Of a DNA stretch of 64,000 nucleotides, positions 26,175 to 39,100 are shown piece after piece. Where the stretch lies: assembly GCA_040954595.2 (NCBI GenBank), contig CM082578.2, positions 17,245,703 to 17,309,702 on the forward strand. The letters are read 5' to 3'. The position numbers and the translations under genes are program-made. Every line of letters begins with the position of its first letter. The first letter of the stretch is position 1. Source of the stretch: Balanoglossus misakiensis (lineage: Eukaryota > Animalia > Hemichordata). The notes under the pieces are model-generated. The model saw nothing but the letters and a program-made list of their open reading frames with translations, was not told the DNA's origin and did not search any database.

Positions 26175-29100
26175 TTTAAGGTAGTCATTTATTTTACTGT
26201 GTTTATAAGCAACAGTAAAACTATACCATGTGAGATACTGACCATATTACGGTGTTACCGTGGTGTAAAACTTAAAAATTGATTCTCGCTCATGTTATGA
26301 TCATGTAATATATAATTACGACTACGTTTTTAGGAAGGTGAAATAACACACCGTAAAATACATTCATAAAGATCCTCGTGTCTTAACATGGCCTCCAATA
26401 AAACGAAACTTTACGCTTTTTTGTTGAAATAACCCACAAGAATACTTTTATATTCTCGTATTCATAAACTTTATGTTCAACAACTCTGAAACGCTGAACT
26501 CTAAGTACAACTCATTTGAGAGATGCTAAATGCCGTAACACATTCAATATCAGGTTAATCCATCTTATGCGAGGTGCAGTATAGTATAGAAACTGTAGTG
26601 AATTCTCAGTTAAAACCATCGGCGGTGTTATCAGCAAATACAGTAACTTAACATGAATGTACTCCTTGTGCACAATGATCTCACTTGTTTATTCGCTACA
26701 GTAACTCCGATTTTGTATTTGAAATATTTATTCCGGCTTGCAAGATTAAACCGAATCACAATTACATAAAATGGTCATTACACCAAACGAGTGCGTTTAT
26801 ATGGCCCCGTAACAGTGAGTGCAACACTTAAACATATTCGGTGGCAAAATATTACAATTTTATGATCACGCGAGTGTGCGTCTGAGGTTACGTTGATTAC
26901 GTTGTCCGGGAACTGAGAAAAGCTAGTAAGCCTTGGAAAAAAACCAATGATATTGCTATGAATATTATTATGATTTCTAGTGTTATCAGGGAAGATCTTG
27001 GAGTGACAATTTAATATCGTGGGACAAGCACACTGATAACTTTGGGATCAAATTGCTCAAGAGAATCTGCTTGTTTTATTAACCTTTGGAAGTTTTTGTA
27101 CCGCGGGTTAATTCACTCCGCTCTGTTATGTGATTTGGGAGAAAAAACAATCACGGAAAAATGCTGACACGGGGAACAAAATTCAGACGACAGTGCTTTA
27201 AGTTCATCTGAATGTTGATAGATCAAGTGATTCACTTTTGTTGAAGCTTTGAAGCCGCCGATGTTTTCTCCGCGAAGAATCGCCGCTCTCCTCAAATGAA
27301 TCAATATTGCCGATGACGATCCAACGCCAGATTCTTCCACATGTAATCTATACCTTCTACAATTACGGACGGAATTTTAGTCAGCAGACGTTTACATGCT
27401 CTGTCTGCTTGATATTCGCTTCTTCAAAGTCTGTGGTGACGCCCGCAGATGGGAAATTGAAAAAAAAATAACTAAAAAACATAGCTTCAATTTAATTGGC
27501 ATAGCACAGAATCGCATGGGTAATTAACATGAAAGACAGCACTATTACTCAAGTCGGCTGTACATTACGTGAAACGTTTGTCATGGTGCAGTTACAATTG
27601 TCACTATTCCGGTTGAAGGGTTTAATTGCCGAATATAGAAGCACATAAAAGCTTTCAAATACAATCTGTGCAGCCTAGCGGTTCTGAAATTGACTGCGTG
27701 TATGTAGTTTGCAATGCCTGGTATTCAATTATGTTACATTGCTTGTGGGGAAACGCAGATTTCTCTAAGATGCAAATGGGAATTGAACAGAGGACTATCA
27801 CGTGCTGAAATTGGCAAAATGGAGGCGTGTTGAGAAGAGTCCACGAAACCAACTCACAGACACTAAATTGACAAAACAGAAAGGCAGTTAATCAATTAAC
27901 ACACTGATAAACCAATCAACCTATCACTCTCGGTTAATTGTATAAAACACACGAAAACATAATTATTTTTAGGTTGAAAAGATTGGCCAAGTCACACTTA
28001 CACGTAGTTCATGGCCATTATCACTTATCAAGAATTTTTAGAACATAAATACCATAATTATCATATGAATCCTAAGTTCGGAAAATGACACAGAGTGGAA
28101 ACGCATAATACGTTACCTTCAGGTTGTCACAGTGAATCATTTTGCCCGCGAGGATACTTCCGTGTTAATCGATATTGAGATTCCTCATACCCGCGGTCAC
28201 GGACCAAACCCTTTTGTATTGCGCAGGTGCGGGTCGGTTAGAACTGCCTATCGATCTCATTGGAACGGTATAGCAGATGATAGGCGGTGTCACATCCGTT
28301 ATATAACGCTTTCTTTCGTGTCCTTCAATTCGTCAATAAAAAAAATCATTCCGGTTGCAAATTGCAGAATGAAAAGCGTATGACGAGTACAACTACAGGT
28401 CACCGTGACCATGAATCAAGGTCATTGTACTCGCCGAAGGCATGTGCGCGCTCACGCAGATCAGTCATATTATCACAGAGCAGTCTTCACAGGTAACTCA
28501 TAAAACAAATTCATGTATCTGTGTTGATGTGTACAGACATGTTTTCCTTTGAAATCTCATGAAATGGAAGAGCTTCTGAAAAAATAACTAAGCCTATATG
28601 TATTTCTAGCTTGTATGTTAGTGTTTATTATTATAGCAAACCATTTTGATATCACATTTGGATGACTTGCACTTTCATAGACGCTCATCAAAAGGTTCAT
28701 TCTAAGCTTGCGCATGCCGTTCAGAAATTCCGAATGAATATTTCTTACATGTCCTATGTTACTGTAAAAGGCATGAAAAACCCTCTCTTTTTGACCATCA
28801 TAGCAACTTACAACTATTCCCTTATCTTGACCGATCAATGAGATCACGTGACATGGAGGTCATTTCGACTGTCGAACATACCAGGAGCATGTCTTGACAA
28901 ATTACGAAGGAGGTTTACCAGTGCATTTGTGAATGAAGGGATAAGACCGCAGTCCTACCGTGTCAAGGCAGAATTCTCAAGGATCCGGACGTTTTGTACA
29001 AACGCAGTAATTAGCAATGTCAAACTGTGTTTACGTCTTCCGCAAGCAGGGTTGTGTGAACGGCCATGAGTCTTTGTTCCAGTGTCTGTCCGAATCATCT

Positions 29101-31644
29101 GCATATTTCCTGAAATGTTACAGCTGCGCGTGTTTCCTTCACGGTCACCTTCAACCGATGTAAGGTCACCTGTAAAGCTCAGATGTTGCTAATATGGCAA
29201 TAATTTCAAATTTTGCAGAATCTCAGTACAAAACCGGGGACAACGTTGTAATTAATCCATGTAGAAGGGCCACAAGTACACTTAAAGATTACTACCAGCA
29301 CCCTCAATTACTAAGAATGTTTGGCATTGACTAATGAAACAGAACTAATGAAACAGGCGAAGAGACAGACCTTTGGAAATTAATAGAGGAAGATTGGTAG
29401 ATATGATATCGCTACTTCATCATCATTGCGCGTGAATGGAACTAAGCTTGAGCACTATATTTTCAACTCATTTCAGATTTTATCTTTGATGAAGGTCAAG
29501 AATCAAGACGCATGCAGTAATACATAATCAGTGCCCATAAATCTGTTCCGTGAGGTTTCTTTCGTCTTAAATAGACGAACAACGGAAAAAGACACTTAAA
29601 ATTGTCTCCTCGGCTAGGATTTTAATATGTGAAGGATAATAGATTAAAACCAGATTATTAATTGTATTTCTACACTTTCAGTTGTGCTGACGTACAATGC
29701 GGGTGTTTAGGAATGCGAGGAGAATGCTTTGCTAAAAGTCATTTCGGATTGACATTAAAAGAATCGCTTGTGTAAAGACAGATAATTGAGGCTATCTTTG
29801 CCGGTACCTTTTGTTGAAGTTCGTAGTCGTTTGATTTATGTACTTTGATGAGGTGATTACATCTGTTCTTTAATGACTGTCGCACATTCTCACTATGAGT
29901 GTAAACGAATGTGCTTCTCATCAAAGACAACATGGAATCCAAGCTTGTCCGACAGTCGCTTCTGAAAGCTTTCGATAAAAACATGGCGCGCAACAGGTAT
30001 GGATCGGTGGGCACAGACTCTTCTGTACTCCTCAGTTTCCTCTTCAAATCAATCAGAGTATGTAAGCACAGATGGCCGACCACGCTTGCTTGCTTGCTTG
30101 CTCCGGGCTAAGGTATCAAACCCCTGGCCTTTAAAGCGAAATTTACAACGGCTATCATAGACCTGCTATAGGCCTACATGCAATTTTACGACCCGCAACT
30201 GTTAGATAGGTTGCGACATGCAAAATGAATTGGTAATTCAGGCGGAAGCATCAGTAGGTGGCAAATGTACTTACAACTGAACAAAGAACCTTCTTGGGCC
30301 ATAAATATTGCGGTGGATGCGCATGCGTTTTAGAATTGATTTAATATGACGAAATCAAGGAAACGTCCCGTATTACACAATGTTTCTGCGTACATACGTG
30401 TGTTGCATATAAATTGATGTACTTGTCCCATTTAGTAGATATTTGTATTACCCTTTCCCAATTAAACTGATTTGCCAAGCTCCAACGCTGTATGAAAAGG
30501 GATGGCTCTTGAGTTTTGCACTAATGCACCGCACAAGAAATTTGTGTACTGTGAGCAAATTGCCTTGTAAATCGGGATTTACAGACAGACAGTCCGTGAA
30601 TGTGAATCATAACATTGCTTTCATTGTGAGTCAACTTTTAAACAAAAGTCTTTGCTATTTTCTGTCTTGTGGGCCTCTGTATATTTTTACATCACGTATG
30701 CTTTGTGTTGCGTTGTCGAGGGAATTTCTTAGTAGTTTAACTGGAATTCTCGGCTGATGTCTCTGTAAGCAAACGAAGCCCCGTCTTCCCATTTGTGTTT
30801 AATGGATCCAGAAACACATAAATGCATCTCAACTCAAAGGTCAAATGGTAATCTGAGTTAATCTGCCAGGAATTTTCTTATTAGTAAATAGATCCGAAAA
30901 ATGGAGGGAAATTACATTTGTTCCATGTCAATCAATTTCACCCGTCAAGTGATAAATTAACGATGACAGCTGGTGCATTCATCCAACCCAACGAGTTTTA
31001 TTGTATACCTTTGGAATCTTTTTGGGCTGTGGCTGTGTACAGCCTTTTTCATTCAAAACAATACAGGAAATCTTGATTTCAAAATGTGTACTCGTATTTC
31101 CTATCTTTCGCTCCCAGCAGGATTACAGTTAATTTTTCCGTTCAGGGTCACCGTGAAAGTCAAGGAGGTCACTTTCAGGCAGATAGTGATAAGATTTTCC
31201 ATCGGAAGACTTAATTTTTATGTCGATGGCCTGTTGTAATAAATGACCCTTGCCATCACCGATAAGTGACTGGGACTGTATACTTGGGCATCGTGCCAGA
31301 CTCGCGGGCAATGTCCGTAATGTAATCATTTGACCCGTAAAATATGTTAAGTGGATGCATTTTGAAAATGCAATGCGATGCTGGCCTTGCGGGAGCAAAA
31401 TTGTTCCGTGTCGATCAGAATAAGACATGTCGTGTTTATTTAAAAACGCAGCAGAATATCCATCGTTAAGTTGCAGTGGTTAGTAAAGCAACACGTACTT
31501 GAACATGTCAATGATATCTACAAGTATTGTCATCAGGGCCATGGTTTCCCGATGTCAGACATATGTTAAGATTCTCTCAAGCAACTCTTGGAAAAAGCCA
31601 CAGAAATACAGCTATATCAGTGCTGTACCGGCGGCGGCAGCGCC

Positions 31645-31731
<87 letters not shown>
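31645..31731 (+). repeat. (GAT)29 microsatellite
   Basis: Perfect 87-bp trinucleotide run; it accounts for the poly-M and poly-D ORFs in the track. Confidence 0.97.
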
Positions 31732-31733
<2 letters not shown>

Positions 31734-33850
31734 ACTTTATTTTTTTATAATCCCTTCATTTTTGACATGATAATATAAAATACGCTTCTAAATAATAAAT
31801 GGGATACTGTTTTCACTGAAGCGTGTCACTTGCACGGATCGAATCCACAAACAGAGTAGTACATCTGTGACGGACAGACAGGGATAAAGCAGGAACATTC
31901 AGAGTAATCTGTCTGCGAAGATTGGATCAGCTGGCTGTCATTAGCACTTGGATTGACTTGAACTTTGACCTTGGCGACTTTGCAAAATCGACCAATCATT
32001 TTATCCAATTACGGAGTGAATATTTGTCAATCCTCTCTGCAGAGACGAATGGAAAGAATTTCCTTAGTTTAGTTTCGGGGGTCATTTTGACTTTGAACTC
32101 TTCAAGGGACATGCCGTTTAAGATGGTAACATTTTAATAGGATCGACAATCCCACTAAACAACCTGAATGCAAAGCAATTTAAGCCATTCATAGAGAATT
32201 TGGCATTCTTGCTGTACGTATGTCCCAGGCCTGGTTGAGACAATGAAATTACTGTACCAAGCCGGGCTATTTCAGATAACCAGCCAGCGGTGCATTTGAC
32301 CGGCTGGCAATGTGTGTCTACAGTCTAAATAGTACGTAAAGATTATATCACAATGACATTTTCAGTGCTTTCAAGTGAAAGGTCATTTCAAAATGACTAA
32401 TTACTTTTCACATGGTGAAATCGACGAAGATTTGAGATATGTGGTTGTCTGCTGCAATAACATTGATTCACACCTGCCTGAAATAATTCCATATGTCCGT
32501 AGCTATATGCGCTCAATGTACTACCCATATGAAGCTGTACCTGGCGTGTGGCCAATATACAATTTTAATACAGATGTACTTTAGAGCTAAATTGGTAGTT
32601 CAAACTATTCATAACAAAAAGAAATTCACCCCGCCCACGGACAGAATAGCAGCTTACATGCATCTAGGTCCAATTTGATTATAATACATGTATTCTAGAT
32701 ATTGTGTTGATTGATTGAATGTTATATGCATTGGATCAACGTGCCACGTCAGAGTAAACTGCAACTGTGTTCACTCATAGCTCACAGTTAATTGACGATA
32801 TCCCTGCATACGGCGCAAGTATGATAAATATAGCCCACATATTTACCCATTGGTTTCCTTACTTAAGGGTAAATGGAAACGGAGGCGTAGACTTAAGTAA
32901 ATTCTACTTGTATAATCGATAATAAAAATTCTCCAGCTTTCTATTTAAAAAAAAAACGGAAGTTCGGGATACATGAACCGTTTGGTTATGACAACGTTGC
33001 CACAACGTAAAGGTTGCACAGATCCTGTTTGATCAAATATCTTATTCAATGGGACGACAGTTTAGACACGGTAAATTTTATTCAAGTTAGGTTTTATTAA
33101 AAGGATGTGTTGTACCAAGGCCAGCGTTAGAAATCTTCAGAGGTCGATGCGAACTTTGACCATCGCCAACAATGAACGCTGGGGGTTGCTTTGAAATGCA
33201 AATTTATCGTTTGTATCGTCAGGGTCGGATCTCGACTGGTGGCGGCCGTCAAGTACCCAAGATCCTTTGCTGTTGGAGACCGAGGGTTGAGATGCATGCT
33301 TGTTGCGTGTGTGTATATATAGAAAAGCTTGTGCTCCTGTTTTACAATACATTTACAGCCGGCGTGGACTCCGGGTTGCCGTCGTTGGAAACGCCTCGAT
33401 CAATATGACAGCTCTCCGTTTTACTGCAGGTGCAGCAACGCTTCGACAGAGGTCCACGATGCGAGGAGAAATTTGCCACAAATGTGTTCGTCGAAACGGA
33501 GGGACAACGGTCGGTGCAAGCGAATAAGAGGAATATAATATATTCTACATGCTTGTGGGACAGACTGCTCAAGCGTTACCTACCCACTGTACTCAACAAC
33601 GCGGTGGCGCGACGCATACAGAGACCTTGCGATATTTTACTACCAACGTTGTCAGGTAATACCTTGCCTTGGTGATTTATCTCGCCGGAGAACGTTTTAC
33701 TTTTCAATTGAGTTCTTTGTTATGAAATATTAACCATTAGTATACTTTCACGAGTAATAACACCCGCATCATTTGACGACAGGATTGCATAGATTATCCC
33801 ACGGGAATCACATAGTCATAAGTCAACGCTATCGAAGTCTTAGCATACTG

Positions 33851-36121
33851 ATGGCCAATCTCACAGCTTCGGAGTTGGTTTCGATACAGTACACTTCCAA
33901 CTGGCTGCATAACGCGACAAAGTTGAAATCGTCGACTATGCTGTATACATTGATGAACTACAGCAACGGAACGATGCTAGAATCGAAATCGGGCTTCGTC
34001 ATCACAACTGTACCAGTGGCCGGCCAGCTGGACGGTGATCAGGTATCTAGTGCAACCGGTATTGTTATTTCTGTGTGCATACTTGCGTTTAGTTTGTTAA
34101 TTGTGTGCGGAAACGCTCTGGTTATCCATACGGTGCGGGTTGAGAAATCACTCCACACGGTCGGAAACTGTTTCATAGTCAGCTTGGCCGTCTCCGACTT
34201 GCTGGTTGGACTTTTCGCTCTCCCGTTCAACATCTTCGCTTACCTGCCGGTAGCGGCAGTCGGAGTGAAACTCACACCGCTCAATTACTCGTTTCGCGAC
34301 GCGTGGATCGCAGCGGACTATCTGTTCACCTCGGCGACCATTCTCAACCAGGTGATGTTAAATTTGGACCGCTTTTGGTCGATCACGTCTCCGATCCGAT
34401 ATATGCGCAAAAGGACAAAGCGTCGAGCGTTGCTCCAAGTTCTCGCCACCTGGGGATTTATCGTTATTTGGGTATTGATTCCGGCCGTCGGCTGGCGGAG
34501 TTTTTTCCCTAATGTCCAACAAACCGACCGTGCCCACTTCGTGGACTTTGACGACAGTGCCTGGCTAATGGCAACCAGTTCTATTGTCATCTTTTTCATC
34601 CCGCTGTTCATTATGTTCGGAATATACATCCGAATCTTTGTGGAGATTAATCGGCGCTCGAAGCTGTCGGTCGGCCGCTCCAGCATCGGCAGCACCATAT
34701 CAAGAAAGAACAGCGAGCTACCGGGGCTCACCGCTCACGAGCTGGAGAAGCTACGAACTCTCTACCGTAACAGCAGACACAGGAGCGACGAGGGACCGCT
34801 GAACGGCATGGTGAGGTACGATGTCAACACTAAAATGGTGCGGTGTTACTCGAGCATCAATGAAGAGATTAGCGAAGAAGAAACTGCCGCCGAAAAGCAA
34901 ACGACGACAAAATTGGCACAGACGGGCGTCGTCGACGACGACGACACCGGTGGCGGTAAGAGGAACTGCGTAGGTAGGGGCTACAATCGCGAGACAGTAA
35001 ACTCCAACGGGGGTGTCCCTGTCAATTCGGACACTTGCACGGAGGTCGGTCAAAACGAGAAAATGGCAGACGCTGAAGACGATGTCCAACAGTACAACAC
35101 GACGAATGATATAATGAGTCATTTACCTTTGATTCCCGATGTTCAGGTTTATAAGAAAACCCCCCAACAACATTGTGACCCCATACCTGATATCAAGGAC
35201 GGAGACAGTGACAGCGGCCCGATAATGATCACCGTTCCAGAAGACAGAGTCGAGGACGAGGGAGTGGGCGACGATAGCATGTGTGATGAAGACGACGACG
35301 TGTTCGTCAGTGATCAGAGCGAGCTGCCCGGCGATGTTACCGTCTATTTCCGCCCCGTCCAGCGACGATGTCCCCAACGGACTAACTTGCGTTTACCCTT
35401 CAAACAGAAAGAATGTTCCGTGTGGGTGCCACGGGTAGCGAACGGCATCGCCAAAAAGAACCCGCCAGTGCTAAATGGCATTCTGAAAGATTACGTGAAA
35501 GATTCCCCCAAGCCCAACAAAACCGTGCGCACTTTTTCGCGAAGCGTTAAAAGTGAAACGAATTTATTTGAAATGAGGAAGCGAGTGATGAGATCGGAGT
35601 CGAATTCCTTCCCCAGTGATAGTTCGGTGGATTCTGTAATTAGCAGCATTTCGAGGAACTCCCAGCGAACGCGGTGGAAATACCGCAGCTACTCGCATCC
35701 GAAACTTCTGGATTCGAGAGGGCGCAAGCACGAAGGCATGAGCAAACTCCGCTCGGTGAGCTTCTCCAGAAGTTCCTTCAGTTCGTCGTTTTCAGGATCC
35801 ACTACGGGACGCGGCAGCAGCGCCCGGCTGCAGCTCAGCCAGCAGGCGAAGGCGGCGAAGCAGCTGGGCATCATTATGGCCTGCTTCCTCCTGTGCTGGC
35901 TGCCGTACTTCACACAGGTTGTGATCATTGCCATATGCCCCCACTGGTACAATCTCTCGGCGTTGCAAGTGGCCGTGTATCTCGGCTATCTGAACTCTCT
36001 ATGTAACACGTTCCTCTACGCCATGTGCAACGCAAAGTTCCGTAAGTCTTTAAAGAGCAAGTTTCTGAGCAATTGCTGTCGGAGGAAAAAATCACTGCCT
36101 CTTCTGCCACCGATGCTCTGA
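33851..36121 (+). CDS. HRH1-like: Intronless class A aminergic GPCR, histamine H1 receptor-like, 756 aa from the first ATG
   Basis: Seven hydrophobic segments with GN (TM1), SLAVSDLLVG (TM2), D3.32 in WIAADY, LDRFWSITSPIRYMRKRTKRRA, FFIP (TM5), KAAKQLGIIMACFLLCWLPYF (TM6) and LGYLNSLCNTFLYAMCN (TM7); the TM3/ICL2, TM6 and TM7 strings closely resemble H1 receptors. N-terminal N-glycosylation sequons (NLT, NAT, NYS, NGT). The track ORF opens at TTG 33773; the first ATG is 33851. Confidence 0.93.
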   Translation: MANLTASELVSIQYTSNWLHNATKLKSSTMLYTLMNYSNGTMLESKSGFVITTVPVAGQLDGDQVSSATGIVISVCILAFSLLIVCGNALVIHTVRVEKSLHTVGNCFIVSLAVSDLLVGLFALPFNIFAYLPVAAVGVKLTPLNYSFRDAWIAADYLFTSATILNQVMLNLDRFWSITSPIRYMRKRTKRRALLQVLATWGFIVIWVLIPAVGWRSFFPNVQQTDRAHFVDFDDSAWLMATSSIVIFFIPLFIMFGIYIRIFVEINRRSKLSVGRSSIGSTISRKNSELPGLTAHELEKLRTLYRNSRHRSDEGPLNGMVRYDVNTKMVRCYSSINEEISEEETAAEKQTTTKLAQTGVVDDDDTGGGKRNCVGRGYNRETVNSNGGVPVNSDTCTEVGQNEKMADAEDDVQQYNTTNDIMSHLPLIPDVQVYKKTPQQHCDPIPDIKDGDSDSGPIMITVPEDRVEDEGVGDDSMCDEDDDVFVSDQSELPGDVTVYFRPVQRRCPQRTNLRLPFKQKECSVWVPRVANGIAKKNPPVLNGILKDYVKDSPKPNKTVRTFSRSVKSETNLFEMRKRVMRSESNSFPSDSSVDSVISSISRNSQRTRWKYRSYSHPKLLDSRGRKHEGMSKLRSVSFSRSSFSSSFSGSTTGRGSSARLQLSQQAKAAKQLGIIMACFLLCWLPYFTQVVIIAICPHWYNLSALQVAVYLGYLNSLCNTFLYAMCNAKFRKSLKSKFLSNCCRRKKSLPLLPPML

Positions 36122-39100
36122 TCTTGCTGCGGCTCATCATAATACCTGACACTGACTCTATCCCAATCTAACTGCGGTTTGATCGCCATTATGATTGTTT
36201 TTTACGTTTTTAATGTTGTGACCGTGACTCGAAAATGGAACAGTGAAATATTTTATAATCGTCAAATATTGTTTTAATATAGTCCTTCTCCCAGCAAGCC
36301 AAACAGTGGCGTATTGAAATATAATCGCCTTTTACAGCGACAGGGGTCTGATAACTTCCATGTGGATTAAATGACGACTCGGATGAGTTCCGTTAAAGAT
36401 TGACTGAGTTTTCTTTATATGACGTTACATACTGGAGATTCTTTTCCATTTGAATTTTTACCGCAGTGGAGATATGTGCACAACTTTGATATTTGCAATT
36501 GCGTGAACCTCTTTTTGAAGGTTCGAAAGGTGTCAATATGGTACTAGGTTGAAGGAAAGCAGTTCGTTTTGTAAAATTCCGAGGCTGACAAATGTAATTT
36601 ATTTTTACGTATAGAGAATCTAACTTGATAAAAAAAGCATTTACAACCGAGATTTACGATTTTTCTATGTTCCTTGTAAGAAAGAACAGTTTTTTGTCAT
36701 TCAGTTTGTGATCCTAACCCGATGTCGATACTAAATAAAAAGGGGAAAATTACAATGAAACGTTCAAATAGCCCATTTGTTTGGATTAATTGCGAGAATG
36801 CGTGTTTGACTGGGCTTTGAAACACGCGTCGAGTGACTCATTTATCCGTCCATGAAGATATCCGAGGAATTTTGATACGATGCGAATAATTGGTTTCTGA
36901 TTTAGACAGAAGTGTGCCCCAGTCACACGTCATAGACAGGTCACGTGCCATGCGACGTTTACAAAGATATCTTACCCGGATGCTCAATCAAACGGAACAA
37001 GCTGTGAATAAAATTGTTCTGGGCAGAGAGAGAGAAATGAATTGTTCATAACACGCAGCTTACTACTCGCATTGCTATGGTTACCAAATACCCTTACAGG
37101 TTTGCTAATATTACGTGTGTTTTCCATTTGTGAGTGGAAGGATGGGAATTTGTTGATCTGTTCGCATTTTATCGTTTTCATCTCGGCGTCCAATCAATAG
37201 TAATTAGCATTCATTGGTGTAAATAGATTTCTTTGGAGGTGAATTCTCTGGCTAAATCTCCTCGGGGACCATTCTAATGAAGCCAATTGTTAATGCACAA
37301 TAGTTTTCCCCCACTTTGCTTTTGGTTAAAATATCTGTTGTAATCCAGCACAAACTTTCTAAATTATTGGTTGAGTCATGTGTGACCGCACGTGTTATAG
37401 TCGCCAAGGTTAATCGATATATGTTTACACAGTCTTACTTTATTTAGATGATTAACTAAATTGATTTCTACACATTGTTACGTTGTCTTGGTGTTGGCAC
37501 ACGCTTTCCCAAATACAATTATAAACCTACATCCAACACGGACTTTTCGTGTGACATGCTGCTAACATTTACTATGTGTGTTACTATAGGCCTGGCTTCA
37601 TGTAATTAATTTTTTTTTATTCGTCATGTTATTATATTAATCGATAAAACGCTTCCCAGGAGAGCCTCACAAAGACATCATTGTCGGTCCTATACATCCT
37701 GTTTGCTTCTCGTCGAGATTGAAAGTTCTTCGTTTTGGCCGTTCGATTTCAACTGGCACCGCTTTGAGCCGATGTACGGTGGCGTCCAGAGTAGCCGCAT
37801 CCAGTAGTCGATGTGAATATTAAAATGTGGAACAGACCCACAGCTGTTCATTTTCTGGGGGCAATTGTTGTCTTAAATAGAAGCGACTACCTTCCCGGTT
37901 AATTACTCTAATTAATAAGTTCGTAGAAATTCGATCTAAAATTCAATTGGGAGGACGCGAGATGGTTGTGTTAATTTAATAACGTTGACTAGACATCACT
38001 TCGAAATGTAAAAGTGGAATGGGAGGGCAAGATTGGCACGCGTAATCAACATTGTCCTCCACTCTTCAAATCATGAAAAGAAAACAATCATCGCGGAACA
38101 CCGCCTGTTATTTCAATCTGTGAACACGACGTGGGGCCATATTTTGTGAAATACGTTTCCGAATGTCCAGCGATGGGATAACTACATAAAATACATATTT
38201 TGTCTACCCGCCTGATAGTAATATGCGCAGAGTGTGTATAGATTTGTCTGGTCTTCCATCAGATGGTGATTCAACAAGTGACCATAATCTCTGTGTGCCG
38301 TCCGTGTAGTGTAGGGTGCCTCGAACATTTACATGGATTTCCAAAGTCAAAGCTGGCACATAATTATGTAACAATCAGCCAGTCTGAGCTATGTATGTGA
38401 TACGATTGCGCAACGAGAAAACAGTCACCTGGCCTGATTGCTGTGCTGTGAGTCAGTCTTGAACTCATCACCGCCGTTGAATTTAAAACTCGTGTTCCCC
38501 TCCAGTGTTAGGCGTTAAAACTCATCAGCAGAAACACGCGGGCTACTATACAGTTGGCGCGACATTCCTGCCGAGAATTCATTTCGTTTCCGGCTTTGAT
38601 TGCTCTCGCCGATGTACATGTTTCTCTGGTGACTGTTGGCACTTGATCGACACAGTACAGGCGTGTGCGCCGTGAATCAATCACATGATGTAGGCCGTGC
38701 CAATGACGTGCGTTTGACACTATCGTTGGTAACTTTCGCGTCCTCCTTTTTTCTCTCCCCCCCCCCCCCCCGACTGCATTGCATTGCGGGTGCGTCGTCC
38801 ACGACTACCAAGATGTATCGGCAAGGAAATTGGCTGGACTGCGCTTGCCGGAAAGGTATATATATGTGTGATGGGAAGATAAATGCGTCGTCATCGTTTT
38901 ACTTGTGAGACACGAGTGTATGTGTTGGGGAAAGGAATGAAGATCGATCGCACCTCCATTTTATATCGGTTGATCAAGCCGTATGATATTATATCAGGGA
39001 TTTTTTTCTCCTTATTTTATTTGGAAAGAAGGCTCCAAGTGTGGTGAGCTAAACGTAATTAAATTCGTGGCTGGATTCTGCATCACCTGCATGGCCAGGG

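Noticed and set aside
31499-31770. ORFs with poly-Met and poly-Asp
   Set aside because: Artefacts of the (GAT)29 microsatellite.
32625-32650. Partial REST/NRSE-like motif (CCACGGACAG) upstream of the GPCR
   Set aside because: Half-site only, with a poor left arm; indistinguishable from chance.
33773-33850. 26-codon N-terminal extension of the GPCR from a TTG start
   Set aside because: Non-ATG start in a eukaryote; the first ATG at 33851 gives a normal glycosylated N-terminus.
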